A stretch of DNA of 64,000 nt, from contig OZ242374.1 of NCBI GenBank assembly GCA_965209055.1, positions 5,536,001 to 5,600,000 on the forward strand, given 5' to 3'. The notes below the pieces were generated by a model that saw only the letters and a program-made list of their open reading frames with translations, did not search any database and was not told the origin of the DNA. The stretch comes from Acidobacteriota bacterium (GTDB lineage Bacteria; Acidobacteriota; UBA6911; RPQK01; JAJDTT01). Below are positions 50,186 to 60,783 of the stretch, piece after piece (position 1 is the stretch's first letter; every line of letters starts with the position of its first letter). Both the position numbers and the translations under genes were made by a program.

Positions 50186-50271
50186 CCGCGGTGTCGAGCC
50201 TACCGGATGCCGGTCCCTGCCAATCGCCGTTCAGACAAGATTCACAACCGGCAGCGGCCATTGCCCCGGCT

Positions 50272-51213
50272 TCATTCGGACTTGATCCGGAGCAGCTTGA
50301 GCAGCCTCCGGTCCCGGTCGTCGAGCACTTTCCCCGATGCGTCTCCGGCATATTCGTAAAAGCCGGCTCCGCTCTTGACGCCCAGCCGGCCCGACGCCAC
50401 CAAGGTCTCCAGCAGCCGGAGGCCTCCCTGAGCCGCCGACAGGTGAGGGTTCAAGTTCCGGGTGACGATGTTGAAGACGTCCAGGCCGCCCAGATCGGCG
50501 ATCTCCAGGGGCCCCAGCAGCGCCCATCGCATTCCCAATCCGTCCTTCATCGCCACGTCGATCTCGGCGCTCGTCGCGACGCCCTCCTGCACCAGGTGGA
50601 CCGCCTCCCGAACCAGGGCGGCCTGGAGCCGGACGGTGACATATCCGGGGACCTCTTTTTGCACCACGATGGGCCGTCTTCCGATCCGGCGGGCCATGCC
50701 CATGACCAATTCCACGGTCCGGTCCGACGTGGCCTCTCCGGGGATGACTTCCACCAGCGGAATGAGGTGGGCCGGGTTCAGGAAATGGAGACCGGAAAAA
50801 CGCTCCGGCCCCGACACGGCGGTTGCCAATCGCGAGATGCTCAACCACGAGGTGTTGGTGGTCAGGACGGCGTCGGGAGGGCAAATCTCGGCCAATGACC
50901 GGAACAGCCCGATCTTGGCGTCCATATCCTCGACGATGGTCTCGGCCACGAATTCCACGGAGGCCAGATCCGAGAGCTCCAGGGTGGTGTTCAGGCGGGC
51001 CCTGGACTCTCTGCATTCCTCTGCCGTCAGGGCCCCGGACTCCATGAGGATGTGCTGGTTCCGTCGCACCCCGGCCAGACCCCGTTCAATGCCGGCCGCC
51101 GACCGGTTGTACCAGGTGACGTCAAAGTCCGCCTCGGCGAAGAGCTGGGCGATGCCCGTTCCCATTGTGCCCGCTCCCGCGACTCCGACTCTCCTGACCT
51201 GTTCCAAACGCAT
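50272..51213 (-). CDS. 3-hydroxyacyl-CoA dehydrogenase family protein
   Basis: GAGTMGTGIA, TNTS, HFLNP, GPLEIADLGGLD, G.KSG.GFY. Confidence 0.92.
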   Translation of the reverse strand: MRLEQVRRVGVAGAGTMGTGIAQLFAEADFDVTWYNRSAAGIERGLAGVRRNQHILMESGALTAEECRESRARLNTTLELSDLASVEFVAETIVEDMDAKIGLFRSLAEICPPDAVLTTNTSWLSISRLATAVSGPERFSGLHFLNPAHLIPLVEVIPGEATSDRTVELVMGMARRIGRRPIVVQKEVPGYVTVRLQAALVREAVHLVQEGVATSAEIDVAMKDGLGMRWALLGPLEIADLGGLDVFNIVTRNLNPHLSAAQGGLRLLETLVASGRLGVKSGAGFYEYAGDASGKVLDDRDRRLLKLLRIKSE

Positions 51214-51241
51214 GTTCTCACCTCCGCCGGATCCCGGACCG

Positions 51242-52594
51242 TCACCTGACGTGAAAATCGATCATCTTCTCGATGGCTTCCCTGCAGACCGGGCAGAAAT
51301 CGGGTTCATCGCGGCTGAACATGACGCAGGTCAGCGCGGGACGGTACAGCCCGGTGGGCGCGTAGCTGGCCCCTTCGAAAGCTCCCACGGCGCCCGTGTG
51401 AGGCTCCCTTTCTCGAACCGTCGTTCCAGCGTCCGAATTCTCTCCATTGTTCCGGCTTCCGAGTTCGTGTCCCCGCTTGTCCCAAGGAGTGGGAAGCGGC
51501 GTTCCCTCTTGCACCAGGTGGCCCCATTTGAGCTGGTCCGGATCCAGAAGGGCCGTGATGTTCGGCTCCCAAGGCTCCACGCCGGGCGCCACGAGGTCCA
51601 GGTAGGCCACGGTCGAAGTGTAGTACTCGTCTCCGAGACCGGCGAAGAGATGTCCGAATTCATGCACGAGAAGGTGGGAGCTGTAGGGAGAATCCGCGGC
51701 CACCACCGCGTAGAGGTTGAAGATTCCGCCTCCTCCATACTCCTCCTCATTGACCAGGATGACGACGAAATCGCTGGGAGCGGAGGCCGCCGCATCCCGC
51801 CAGGCCCGGTCGTCCGTGGTCAGGATGTAGCGCTTCAAACCGAGGGCATCGTAACTGGCCCCCAGAGGCGAATTCCTGGCGACGCCGGCGGCCGGCCGGG
51901 ACACGCCCGCGGCCGGCGCCGGCGTAAAGAGGACTGTCACGTTGAAGTCGGTCCGGCGCGAAGCAAAGGGCTCGACCCGGAAGAGGGCCTCGGCAAGGCG
52001 CTCTGCGTCCCGTTTGAACTCGTCTTCTTCCGGATACCCGTCTCCCAGGAAAAGAAGGTCCACCTTCCGCGTCGAGGGACCGTTTCGCATCAGCGTCGTC
52101 GGGTTGCCGGACCTGGTCGGAGAACGGTCGATCTCGTTGGCTCGGGGATCGATTAAAAGATCCCACACCGGCTGGAACGCCTGTTTGCGGTTCCGCTTGT
52201 GGAGTTCCAACCGCACGGTTCGCCGCGGCTCCGGAAAGCAGACCGCTTCCGGAAACGTGCGCCAGATTTCCTCCCTGGCCTCTTCCGTCGTCTCCCACTC
52301 CCCGTAGATGCTGGAGAACCCTCTGGAGAACAGGACACGCCCGGATTCGGGATCGGTCAGCCGGAAGCGGTACTTGCCCAAGCCGGTCGAATCCAGCACG
52401 CGGCGCGGATTCCCGGCCCAGGGGCCTTCGACCCGGATTCGATCCAGGCTGAAACGCTCCTTCGTGGCCGTCCCGGTATGGAAGTAGTCGACCCGCATGA
52501 GGGCGCTCGTGAAATCCCGGAGGAAGGCGTCCTCCATTTCCGCGGCCGTCCAAGCCATGGCCGCCAGGGCGATCCAGATCGGCATTTGCTGCAC
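51242..52594 (-). CDS. peptidase M64 family protein
   Basis: MRVDYFHTG, LGDGY, YGGGGI, HEFGH..AGLGDEY, FEGA.Y...G.YRP...C.M, FCPVC. Confidence 0.9.
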   Translation of the reverse strand: MQQMPIWIALAAMAWTAAEMEDAFLRDFTSALMRVDYFHTGTATKERFSLDRIRVEGPWAGNPRRVLDSTGLGKYRFRLTDPESGRVLFSRGFSSIYGEWETTEEAREEIWRTFPEAVCFPEPRRTVRLELHKRNRKQAFQPVWDLLIDPRANEIDRSPTRSGNPTTLMRNGPSTRKVDLLFLGDGYPEEDEFKRDAERLAEALFRVEPFASRRTDFNVTVLFTPAPAAGVSRPAAGVARNSPLGASYDALGLKRYILTTDDRAWRDAAASAPSDFVVILVNEEEYGGGGIFNLYAVVAADSPYSSHLLVHEFGHLFAGLGDEYYTSTVAYLDLVAPGVEPWEPNITALLDPDQLKWGHLVQEGTPLPTPWDKRGHELGSRNNGENSDAGTTVREREPHTGAVGAFEGASYAPTGLYRPALTCVMFSRDEPDFCPVCREAIEKMIDFHVR

Positions 52595-52692
52595 CCTACC
52601 AGCCCGTGGCGAAGGTCGTCACGGGCATTCGATTCGGTCTGCATTCGGGTGGAGGGTGCGGCAGCCTTCGAGACCGTTCCTTCGCCCTGACT

Positions 52693-53595
52693 TCAGCTCG
52701 CTTCAAAGCGGGCGAGGATTTCCATGAGGGACAGCGGGTCGACCCGGGCTTTCCGGAGTCGAACGGACCAGTGCAGGTGCGGACCCGTAACCCGGCCCGT
52801 GGCCCCGACGTGGCCGATGAGGTCTCCGCGCTCCACCAGGTCCCCCTTCTTGACCGTAAAGTCATCGAGATGGGCGAAATAGGAATACAGTCCCTGGCCG
52901 TGGTCCAGGATCACCGTGTTGCCCGCGTAGTAGAGATTCCGGGCCAGCACCGCCACTCCGGCGTTGGGACTCTTGACGGGAGTGCCCCTGGAGGCGCGAA
53001 AGTCGGTTCCGCTATGAGGGCTGCGAGGTTTACCGTTGAGGATGCTCCGCTTGCCGAAACTGCTGTTGGCCCGCCCCGGAACGGGCCGGAGGAAAAATCC
53101 GGCCCAGTGGCGTTCGCTGCCCGCTTCGCCGAATATGCCGGAAACGAGCCGGCGTTCCCGCTTGATTCGCGCCAGGGACTTTTTCGGAGGCGTCACGAAT
53201 TTTTCCGGCAGGTTGAGTCTGCGCGTCGGGAAATTCTTGTGCTTGACCGTGATACGGTGATCCGCCCGGGTAAAAATGCGGTCCTGCTCGTAGAGTTCGA
53301 ACCGGAGCAGATAACCACCCGGTTTCGTTTCCAGATCGATTCCGACCAGTGCCCACCAGTTGGTCGGGACCTCTCCCAGGCCGGGTTCGAGAGGCAGTTT
53401 CTGCTGAAAGACCCGCAATGCGACCCGATCCACCCGGCGCGGCGCAGTCACGGTGACCAGCATCACCTCTCCCGGCTGGAAGGCCCTGGCGAGTGGGGTG
53501 ATCCGGACCCCCTCGGCTGCGCCGTCCGTGGCCGGAGGCGGTTGTCCGATCAGTGGAACGGTCAGGAGGAGCAATACCCAGGGAATGACTCGCAT
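52693..53595 (-). CDS. M23 family metallopeptidase
   Basis: HSGTD, DHGQG..S.FAHL, TGPHLHW. Confidence 0.92.
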   Translation of the reverse strand: MRVIPWVLLLLTVPLIGQPPPATDGAAEGVRITPLARAFQPGEVMLVTVTAPRRVDRVALRVFQQKLPLEPGLGEVPTNWWALVGIDLETKPGGYLLRFELYEQDRIFTRADHRITVKHKNFPTRRLNLPEKFVTPPKKSLARIKRERRLVSGIFGEAGSERHWAGFFLRPVPGRANSSFGKRSILNGKPRSPHSGTDFRASRGTPVKSPNAGVAVLARNLYYAGNTVILDHGQGLYSYFAHLDDFTVKKGDLVERGDLIGHVGATGRVTGPHLHWSVRLRKARVDPLSLMEILARFEAS

Positions 53596-53740
53596 GGCTG
53601 TCCGGCAGGTTACCACGCCAGTCTGATGCCAAACGGTCCACCCTCAGGGGTCTGGCCCCAGTGTCTCCCGTTGCCGCGGACGCTCGTCGCGGGTTTTTCG
53701 TTTCGACTTGCCGGTTCGTCTTCCAGAGCCGGAGGCGCCG

Positions 53741-54955
53741 TCAAAAATATTGCTTGAAGCCGAAGAAAAGGGTCCTGGGAACCGCCCCGTACTCGGTTCC
53801 CGGCTGGCCGTCCACTCCAGGATTGGCGCCAAATCCGAACTGGCTCCCCACCAGAAATTCCGAGTCATTGCCGGTGGACCAGGTCAAAGAGGGTAGCCAG
53901 AGGAGTGAGCCGTCGCTCCCGTTGACGAGTGCGGTGGTGGAAAACGTAAAGAGAGGGTGCAGGAGCATAGCCAGCGAAACCCCTCCATAGAGCTGGCCGG
54001 TGCCGTTGACCTCGCCGCGAGAGATCCGGTCCGAGTCGAAATAGAGGGGATATTCTCCGGGCGCCCCGGTCCCATACCCGTTGTAGGCGCCCTCCAGAAT
54101 CAAGGTCAGGTAAGGCGTCAATTGTTGATCGACTCCCACCGATCCCCTCCAAAACGTCTCCCGGTTCCGTTCCGCGTCCGCGGCGTCTCCGGACCGTGTC
54201 CAGCTGACCTCGCCCCGCAGGCCGGTCCCGGCAACGTCGGAAGTCACGAAAAGACCGGCCACGTCGTCCCCGTGGAAACTCCCCCCCATGAACCCCACGT
54301 CCACTGCGCCGGCGTTCAGCCGAAGCTGGAACCCGGCGGCGGCGTCCTCTCCGGGATCGGGACCCAACGAGGCGGCCACCACCTCCAATTCGGAGAACTG
54401 CCCCAGGCGCAATACGCCTCGGACGGCGTCGATGCCCGGCTTGTAGTCCCGGTCGAGGCGCTGGGGAGCGAAGGGAGCGAAAAGATCCAGGGCCGGCCAG
54501 AAGTAACTGACGCCCCAGGTGAGTGCCTGCCTCCCGACGATGACGTTCAGCGGGTCGAACTCCAGCTCCAGGTTCAGGCGGTCGAAAGCGGCCAGCAGGC
54601 GACCCTCGGCCCGGTTCATGAGATGGCGCTCCATCGGCAGGTAGAGATTCGCCGAGGAATCCGCCAGATCGGCCGAAGCGGACAGCGGAGGAGACAGGAA
54701 ATTCAGTATGGCGTGGGATTCCACGCGGGCGCGCCGCGTGAACTCGAAATTGGAGGTCAAACGGAATATGGCCAGCTCGGAATCACGTCTGGCCGTCGGG
54801 GCAAGCTTTTCTCTCAGGAAGAGATAGGACCGAATCGATCCGCCCCAGTCCAGGTCCTGGGCCTGGAGCACAGGCGTGGCCAGCATCCAGAACAGAGGAA
54901 GAAGCCTGGGCCAATGCCGCGGACTACCGCCGATCGTCGGCATCGACTTCCCCAT
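53741..54955 (-). CDS. putative outer-membrane beta-barrel protein
   Basis: Signal peptide, VGRQALTWG, KPGIDA, terminal Phe (KQYF). Last gene of the Lol-like ABC operon. Confidence 0.6.
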   Translation of the reverse strand: MGKSMPTIGGSPRHWPRLLPLFWMLATPVLQAQDLDWGGSIRSYLFLREKLAPTARRDSELAIFRLTSNFEFTRRARVESHAILNFLSPPLSASADLADSSANLYLPMERHLMNRAEGRLLAAFDRLNLELEFDPLNVIVGRQALTWGVSYFWPALDLFAPFAPQRLDRDYKPGIDAVRGVLRLGQFSELEVVAASLGPDPGEDAAAGFQLRLNAGAVDVGFMGGSFHGDDVAGLFVTSDVAGTGLRGEVSWTRSGDAADAERNRETFWRGSVGVDQQLTPYLTLILEGAYNGYGTGAPGEYPLYFDSDRISRGEVNGTGQLYGGVSLAMLLHPLFTFSTTALVNGSDGSLLWLPSLTWSTGNDSEFLVGSQFGFGANPGVDGQPGTEYGAVPRTLFFGFKQYF

Positions 54956-55625
54956 CCACCAGGCGGATGGTCCGCCTGGCCCGTTCCATGACCCTGGGAT
55001 CGTGGGTGGAGAAAATAAAGGTCGTCCCGTTTTCCCGATTGAGCCTCTCCATCAGATCCAGCAGGGAGAGGGCCGTGCGGCTGTCCAGGTTGGCCGTGGG
55101 CTCGTCGGCCAGAATCAAAGGCGGCTCCGCCACCACCGCACGCGCCACCGCCACGCGCTGCTGTTGTCCGCCTGACAGCTGGTCCGGCTTGCGGTCTTCC
55201 AGTCCACCCAATCCCACCTCCTCCAGAATGGCCCGAACCTTCTCCCGGCGTTGACGCCGCGGCACTCCTCGAAGCAAGAGTATGAATTCGGCGTTTTCCT
55301 GCACCGTCAGCACCGGCAGCAGATTGTTGGCCTGAAAGATGAATCCGACCCGCTCGAGCCGGAGCCGGGTCAGTTGCTTGCGGCTTCTCTCAGCCAGATC
55401 GATCCCCTGCAGGCGAATCCGGCCCCGGGTGGGATGGTCGATTCCACAGGAGACGTTGAGCAGGGTGGTCTTGCCCGATCCGGAGGGACCGGCGACGGCC
55501 ACCAGTTCACCCCGCCGGATGGTCAGGTCGACGTCTCGCAGGGCGTGAACCGTCTGCTCTCCTTGCAGGTAGACGCGCGAGACTTTCTCGAGCCGAAGAA
55601 GGTCCGGTTCGCTCGAATGGGCCAT
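54924..55625 (-). CDS. ABC transporter ATP-binding protein (LolD/MacB-like)
   Basis: GPSGSGKTT, LSGGQQQR, ADEPTANLD, STHD. Confidence 0.93.
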   Translation of the reverse strand: MAHSSEPDLLRLEKVSRVYLQGEQTVHALRDVDLTIRRGELVAVAGPSGSGKTTLLNVSCGIDHPTRGRIRLQGIDLAERSRKQLTRLRLERVGFIFQANNLLPVLTVQENAEFILLLRGVPRRQRREKVRAILEEVGLGGLEDRKPDQLSGGQQQRVAVARAVVAEPPLILADEPTANLDSRTALSLLDLMERLNRENGTTFIFSTHDPRVMERARRTIRLVDGEVDADDRR

Positions 55626-55627
55626 GT

Positions 55628-56884
55628 TTACATTCGTCCCAGCAACTGTACGCTGACCCGGCGCCCGGCGCGCCACGCCGGGACCAGAGCCAGGATCATG
55701 GTCAAGAACATGATGATCGATGCCGAGACGAGAAGGCGTTCGTTCGACAGCCGCGAGTAGAGTACCGGGTCCATCACCGCGCCGGCGGCGGACAGATCCC
55801 CTTCCCCATCGTAAAAGGCTTCCAGGGGCAGCCCGTGGGACTCCAGATACAGATGCGCGCCATAGCCGAGAGCCAGCCCCGCGGCCGTTGAGAACAGAGC
55901 CAACAGGACCGCTTCGGTGAACATCATGAAGAACCGGCCGGCAGGGGTTAATCCCAGCGCGTCCAGGAGCGCATATTCCCGCCTCCGTTCCAGCGCCGAC
56001 ATCATCAGTGTGTTCAGGACCACGAAGGCGATGAGGAGGAGAAAGATACCGTTGAACAGATAGTTTCCGGCGTTGTCCATGCGAATGAATTCGATGAGTT
56101 CCGGCATGGCATCCGCCCAGTCCAGCACTTCGGCCGACGCGGGCAGATCCGTCCGGCCGCGCCGTGCCAGCGCATGGGCTCCTTCGACGTCTTCCATGAA
56201 GACAGCGACCTGATGGACCTGACCGGGCAACAGCAACAACTCCTGGGCAGCCTCCAACGGGATGATCACCAGTCGTTGGTCCAGTTCGTCCATTCCCGTC
56301 CGCAGGATTCCATGGACCCGCAGGAGACGGGACTGGAGCTCGGCGCTTCCCGAGGCCTGGGAAAGAACCACGAACTTCGAACCCAAGCCCACGCCGAGCT
56401 TCCTGGCAACACCGGCGCCGACGACAGCCTGGTCTCCTGTTTCGGAACTCAGGAACTCTCCCGCCACCAGCTTCTCGCCGAATTTGGAGGCCTCACTCTC
56501 GGGCCCGGGTTGGGAGCCGATGACCCGGACCGCCGTTGAACCGTCGGCAGACGAGGCGAGCCCCGTGGAAAAGACTCTCTCCACCCGACTCTGAACCGAG
56601 CCATCGAAGCCCTCCCGTTCGATCCAGACTCGGACCTGGGACAGGGTTTCCGCTTCCAACGCCCGCTGAACGCCGCCGTGGTCGTGATAACCCTGGTGCT
56701 GGATCAGGACGTGGCCCGAACCCATGCGGACAGCGTTGTCGATCATCTGGAGATGGCTGCCGTCCCCCAGCCCGAATGTCACCAGCAGCAGCGCCAGTCC
56801 CAACGCCACCGTGGCCGCGGTCAGTACGGTTCGGCGCCGATTGCGCCCCAGGTTTCTCCAGGCCAGCTTGAGAATGATCTTCAC
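55628..56884 (-). CDS. FtsX-like ABC permease (LolC/E-type)
   Basis: LAWRNLGRNRRRT, LNTLMMSALERRRE. Confidence 0.88.
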   Translation of the reverse strand: MKIILKLAWRNLGRNRRRTVLTAATVALGLALLLVTFGLGDGSHLQMIDNAVRMGSGHVLIQHQGYHDHGGVQRALEAETLSQVRVWIEREGFDGSVQSRVERVFSTGLASSADGSTAVRVIGSQPGPESEASKFGEKLVAGEFLSSETGDQAVVGAGVARKLGVGLGSKFVVLSQASGSAELQSRLLRVHGILRTGMDELDQRLVIIPLEAAQELLLLPGQVHQVAVFMEDVEGAHALARRGRTDLPASAEVLDWADAMPELIEFIRMDNAGNYLFNGIFLLLIAFVVLNTLMMSALERRREYALLDALGLTPAGRFFMMFTEAVLLALFSTAAGLALGYGAHLYLESHGLPLEAFYDGEGDLSAAGAVMDPVLYSRLSNERLLVSASIIMFLTMILALVPAWRAGRRVSVQLLGRM

Positions 56885-56888
56885 GCAG

Positions 56889-58136
56889 TCAGGCTTTCGA
56901 CAGGTTTCTCATGGCCAGGACCGGATTCACGAACGCGGCCCGCAGAGCCGGGAGCAGTGATGCGACGACGGTGGCCAGAAGCAGCCCCACGGCCGGCAAC
57001 CAGACGGCGGCCCAGGACCAGGCAACTGGAATCACCGGATCCATCCGGGTCTCCAGCAAGGAGATCTCGCCCATCCAGGATCTCAGGTCCAGTCCGGTGG
57101 AACTCAGATGCCACACCAGCAGGCTGCCCAGGGCCAGGCCGGTGCCCAGACCCGCCACCGCCAGAGCGATGCTCTCGGAAACGACGGTGAGAACCACCGA
57201 GGCGGGCCGCATGCCCAGGGCCGACAGCATTCCCAGTTCCCGGACCCTCTCGAAGACCGACATGAGCATGGTGTTGAGGACGCCCAACGCCGCGAAGAGC
57301 CCCACCAGCCCGATCATGACGACGTAGCTGGCGGTCACCATGTCCAGGTAATCGCTCAGGGTGGGAAGGAGGCTCCTCCAGCTCCGGGCCACGGCGCCCG
57401 GGGGAAGGATGTCCGAATCGTTCAGTCTCGCCGCAAACGCCTCCGCCGCTCCGGGATCGCGAAGCTTGATCGTGATTTCATGAACACGCTCCGGCGCCAG
57501 CGACAACAACTCTTGAAGGTCCGTCAAGTGAACCAGCATCAGTGACCGGTCCAGAAACGCCATGCCCGTGCGCAGCGTTCCCCGGTTCAGGTAGAGGTCA
57601 TTGCCGATGGTTCCATCGGCAGCCTGGGTGACCAGTGCGATCTCGGTTCCCGTTCCGGCCACCAGCTCCTGTTGCAAGCTCTCTCCCAGAAGAAGGCCCC
57701 GTCCCTGGAGATTCTTCGGGCTCCCCTGCCCCTGCAACCCGCTGACCTTGGATTCCTGAACCGGATCGATCCCCACGATCGCCACTCCGGCGGAGGTTTC
57801 ACCCGTGGACGCCAGACCGGCGGCGTGAATCCGGGCTGTGGATGCGGCCACTTCGGGCTCGCGCCGCAGCCTCTCGGCGAGGGCCCGCCAATCGGTCCCC
57901 TCGCTGCCTCCCAACGTTTCGTAGAGATCCCGGTCGGGCAGATACTCCGGGTGGTGGATCTGAACGTGCCCCACCAGCAGATCGGTGCCGTTGTTGAGCA
58001 TCTGGACCCGCATGCCCTCGGTGATGCTGACCAGGAACATGAGGACGGCGTACCCCGAAGCCAGACCGACAATGGTGATGAGGCTTCGCAGAGGATTCCT
58101 CCACAGATTCCTCCATCCCAGGAGAAACACCATCAT
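56889..58136 (-). CDS. FtsX-like ABC permease (LolC/E-type)
   Basis: WRNLWRN..RS, LNTMLMSVFERVRELG, PALRAA..NPV. Confidence 0.88.
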   Translation of the reverse strand: MMVFLLGWRNLWRNPLRSLITIVGLASGYAVLMFLVSITEGMRVQMLNNGTDLLVGHVQIHHPEYLPDRDLYETLGGSEGTDWRALAERLRREPEVAASTARIHAAGLASTGETSAGVAIVGIDPVQESKVSGLQGQGSPKNLQGRGLLLGESLQQELVAGTGTEIALVTQAADGTIGNDLYLNRGTLRTGMAFLDRSLMLVHLTDLQELLSLAPERVHEITIKLRDPGAAEAFAARLNDSDILPPGAVARSWRSLLPTLSDYLDMVTASYVVMIGLVGLFAALGVLNTMLMSVFERVRELGMLSALGMRPASVVLTVVSESIALAVAGLGTGLALGSLLVWHLSSTGLDLRSWMGEISLLETRMDPVIPVAWSWAAVWLPAVGLLLATVVASLLPALRAAFVNPVLAMRNLSKA

Positions 58137-58939
58137 CGTCTCGCCCGCAGATTGGAAAGGGAGAAGGTCTTTTCGGCGATGGGAACGTCGAAGGAGAGAT
58201 CCTTGTAGATCATCTCGGTGAATTCCCCCGGTTTGTTCTCGGGGACGATGCTCATGCGGGTGGGAATCCGTCTGCCTCCCATCACGGCGTAATCCGAGAA
58301 GCTCATGGTCCGCTTCAGGGCCTCGTCCTCGCCGTAGTACCGGGCCCAGACCGGCAACAGGTCAGCCTGCCGGACCCGGTAGACGATCCGGCCCCAGACC
58401 ACCGGCGCCTCCGGTTTGGGGACGAGTTCGAACTCCCAGACCGGCACCCCCTCCTTCTCGCCCTCGAAGGAGATCCCGATGTCGTAGTCCCGGACCAGGC
58501 GGCTCTCCTTGACCAGGTCGTCGTTGGTGAGGTGGGACCCCATCCATGCGCCCATCATCATGGACGTGGGGACGCGGATGACCCGCTCGATCTTGGACAG
58601 GTAGTTCCACATGTTGGAACCCACCCTCAAGGTGGCGGTTCCCCGGTTCTTCCTGGGAGCCAGGATTCGAATCAGGGCCTTGTCGGTTCCCTCGGACCAG
58701 ATCCGCAGAGTCATGCTGCGGTTCCATCTCCGGGTCGCCACCTTCATCTGGACCGTTCCCGTCGAGGACTCTCCGCGCAGCATCTGGTCGACCCGGTCCA
58801 TGATCTCCCGCGCCCGATCCTGCCGGATCGACAGCGAGGACTGGTTGGAAGACGGCCGGACGAGATCCAGCCATGAGCCGGCGATGAACAGAAAGAGAAG
58901 GATCCCCGGCAGTGACCAGTTGCGCGTTGTGAGTCTCAC
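58133..58939 (-). CDS. outer membrane lipoprotein-sorting (LolA-like) protein
   Basis: NMWNYL, WMGSHLTNDDL, FSLSNL. First gene of the Lol-like ABC operon. Confidence 0.75.
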   Translation of the reverse strand: MRLTTRNWSLPGILLFLFIAGSWLDLVRPSSNQSSLSIRQDRAREIMDRVDQMLRGESSTGTVQMKVATRRWNRSMTLRIWSEGTDKALIRILAPRKNRGTATLRVGSNMWNYLSKIERVIRVPTSMMMGAWMGSHLTNDDLVKESRLVRDYDIGISFEGEKEGVPVWEFELVPKPEAPVVWGRIVYRVRQADLLPVWARYYGEDEALKRTMSFSDYAVMGGRRIPTRMSIVPENKPGEFTEMIYKDLSFDVPIAEKTFSLSNLRARR

Positions 58940-58952
58940 GGCAGTGTCAGCT

Positions 58953-59558
58953 TCAACCGCCGGGACGGATGGTGTCCAGGAACGCCAGGAAGTCCTGGTG
59001 CCAATTGTCGATGGTTTTCCGTGGTCCGGTGAGCTTGAAGAACCAGGGGCCCGACGCCGTCTGTGCGATGACGGCCAGCATCCGATAGCCCTTCTTGGGA
59101 TCTCCCGGCCGCATCATGGGCCCGGACGAAGGACGGTAGGTGCCCGAGACGTCGACGAGCATCAGGCGGACTCCGTTCGCGGTCCGAGGGGCGACCTCGG
59201 CTTTTGACGGGCCGCCGCCGGTTTCGTCCGGACTGAACTGCCCCACCCAGCGCTTGATATTGGCCTCGATCGTGCCTCCCTGTCCGGGGAAGTGGAACAC
59301 GACCAATTCGCCGTCTTCAGGGTCGCCGCCGGCGCGGGGAAGACGATACTGAGCTTTCCGCATCGATGAGGTCGGCGTTTCCTCGATCCATCCGTCGGGC
59401 GCCGTAAAGAGCAGGCCGCCGATGGCACCCGCCGCCGACACCGTCCCGGAAGAAACCGCACCACCGGCGGCGGGCTCCTCCATGTTCCTGGAACAGTGAG
59501 TCGAGGCCAGGAAGAGGATCGTCCCGAATACCCCGAGAACACGCTTGATCTGTCTCAT
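58953..59558 (-). CDS. hypothetical lipoprotein
   Basis: Lipoprotein-like leader (LASTHC), P.GW, GG..EANIKRW.GQF, WFFKLTGP. Confidence 0.7.
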   Translation of the reverse strand: MRQIKRVLGVFGTILFLASTHCSRNMEEPAAGGAVSSGTVSAAGAIGGLLFTAPDGWIEETPTSSMRKAQYRLPRAGGDPEDGELVVFHFPGQGGTIEANIKRWVGQFSPDETGGGPSKAEVAPRTANGVRLMLVDVSGTYRPSSGPMMRPGDPKKGYRMLAVIAQTASGPWFFKLTGPRKTIDNWHQDFLAFLDTIRPGG

Positions 59559-59572
59559 GTCACCCTCCGTTT

Positions 59573-59959
59573 TCAGTCCTCGGGAATCCGCTTGCGGCCC
59601 GCGAAGCCGGCGTCGATCTCATGCCAGTAGAAGATGTCTTCTTCGCCATGTTTCCAGCAAAGGTAGACCTCGCGCCCTTCCTTCATATGGGGAAAGTCGA
59701 TGAGTCCCCGATCCACGCTCTTGACCAGGCAGCCCAGGCCCTGGAGCCGGGCGACGCACGATTGCAGTTGCAGGAGACGCTCCATGTAGGCCGTGCCTTC
59801 CGGGCTTCCCCGGTTGAGGTCGGCGCTCTTGGCCAGCTCCTGGACGGCTTCCTTGTAACGGGAAATCTCGCCGGACAGATTCATTCCGACCGACACCAGC
59901 TTCCTGACCAGGGGCAGTATTTTTCTGGCTTCGGCCAGAGTGAAGACTCGTTTCGCCAC
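59573..59959 (-). CDS. DUF2203 family protein
   Basis: FTLAEA..ILP, GLIDFP, VYLCWKHGE, WHEIDAGFAGR. Start GTG 59959. Confidence 0.85.
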   Translation of the reverse strand: MAKRVFTLAEARKILPLVRKLVSVGMNLSGEISRYKEAVQELAKSADLNRGSPEGTAYMERLLQLQSCVARLQGLGCLVKSVDRGLIDFPHMKEGREVYLCWKHGEEDIFYWHEIDAGFAGRKRIPED

Positions 59960-60100
59960 GAAGACAGTATAGCCCTTCTGAGCGCCTTGAGCGCAGTTCG
60001 ACGGGGGCGGGATTGGGTTCGGCGTCGAATTCTCAAGCAAGCCAAATCGACCTCACGATGGTATCTTTTCGGCGCGATCGGGAATCCGGAGATTCGCGGC

Positions 60101-60727
60101 ATGAAATGCATTCTGTGCAACAGCAGGAAGGGAAAGCGCCACTGTCCGGCCAAGGGCACGCTCATTTGCGCCCCCTGTTGTGGCCGCCTCCGGGTGGTGG
60201 AGATCCCCTGTCCGGCCGACTGCGCCTATCTGACGTCGGGCCACGGCCATCAGGCCGGGAAAAAATATGTCGACCAGCTCCGCCAGGAGGAGGGCAGGGA
60301 CCGCCGAATCCGACTCTACGAGAACATGCGCCGATACCGTCCGCTCATCGACGAGATCGAGAAGGAGGTACTCCGCTACGGGCAGGGCCTGAGCAGTTTT
60401 CACGACCGGCATGTGCAGGAGGCGATCCGGCTGTTGCGGAAAACCTACCAGTCCGAGGAGCGGGGGGTGATCTACGAGCACAAGTCGGCCGACCCCATGG
60501 TTTCCGCGCTGATCCGCGCCGTTCAGGAGATGTTGGAGAAACTGCGGCAGGATCTCGAATTGAACCTCAGAGCGTCCGATATCCTGAATTGCATGGAGTG
60601 GGTGGAGTCGGAGGTCCGCTATCACCTGCGGCAACCTCCCGGCGGAGAGCCCTACCTGACCTTCATCCGCAAGAACCACCCCGAAATCACGCCGCCCTCA
60701 TCGGACCAGAACCTGATCGTGCTCTGA
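60101..60727 (+). CDS. hypothetical protein with N-terminal Cys-rich (zinc-binding) region
   Basis: MKCILC...RHCPA...ICAPCCG...CPADCAYL from ATG 60101. Confidence 0.7.
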   Translation: MKCILCNSRKGKRHCPAKGTLICAPCCGRLRVVEIPCPADCAYLTSGHGHQAGKKYVDQLRQEEGRDRRIRLYENMRRYRPLIDEIEKEVLRYGQGLSSFHDRHVQEAIRLLRKTYQSEERGVIYEHKSADPMVSALIRAVQEMLEKLRQDLELNLRASDILNCMEWVESEVRYHLRQPPGGEPYLTFIRKNHPEITPPSSDQNLIVL

Positions 60728-60783
60728 TGGAAATAGCGCGCGTCCGCACCCGTCGGACGAACCCCGTTACTCAATGAAAGGCA

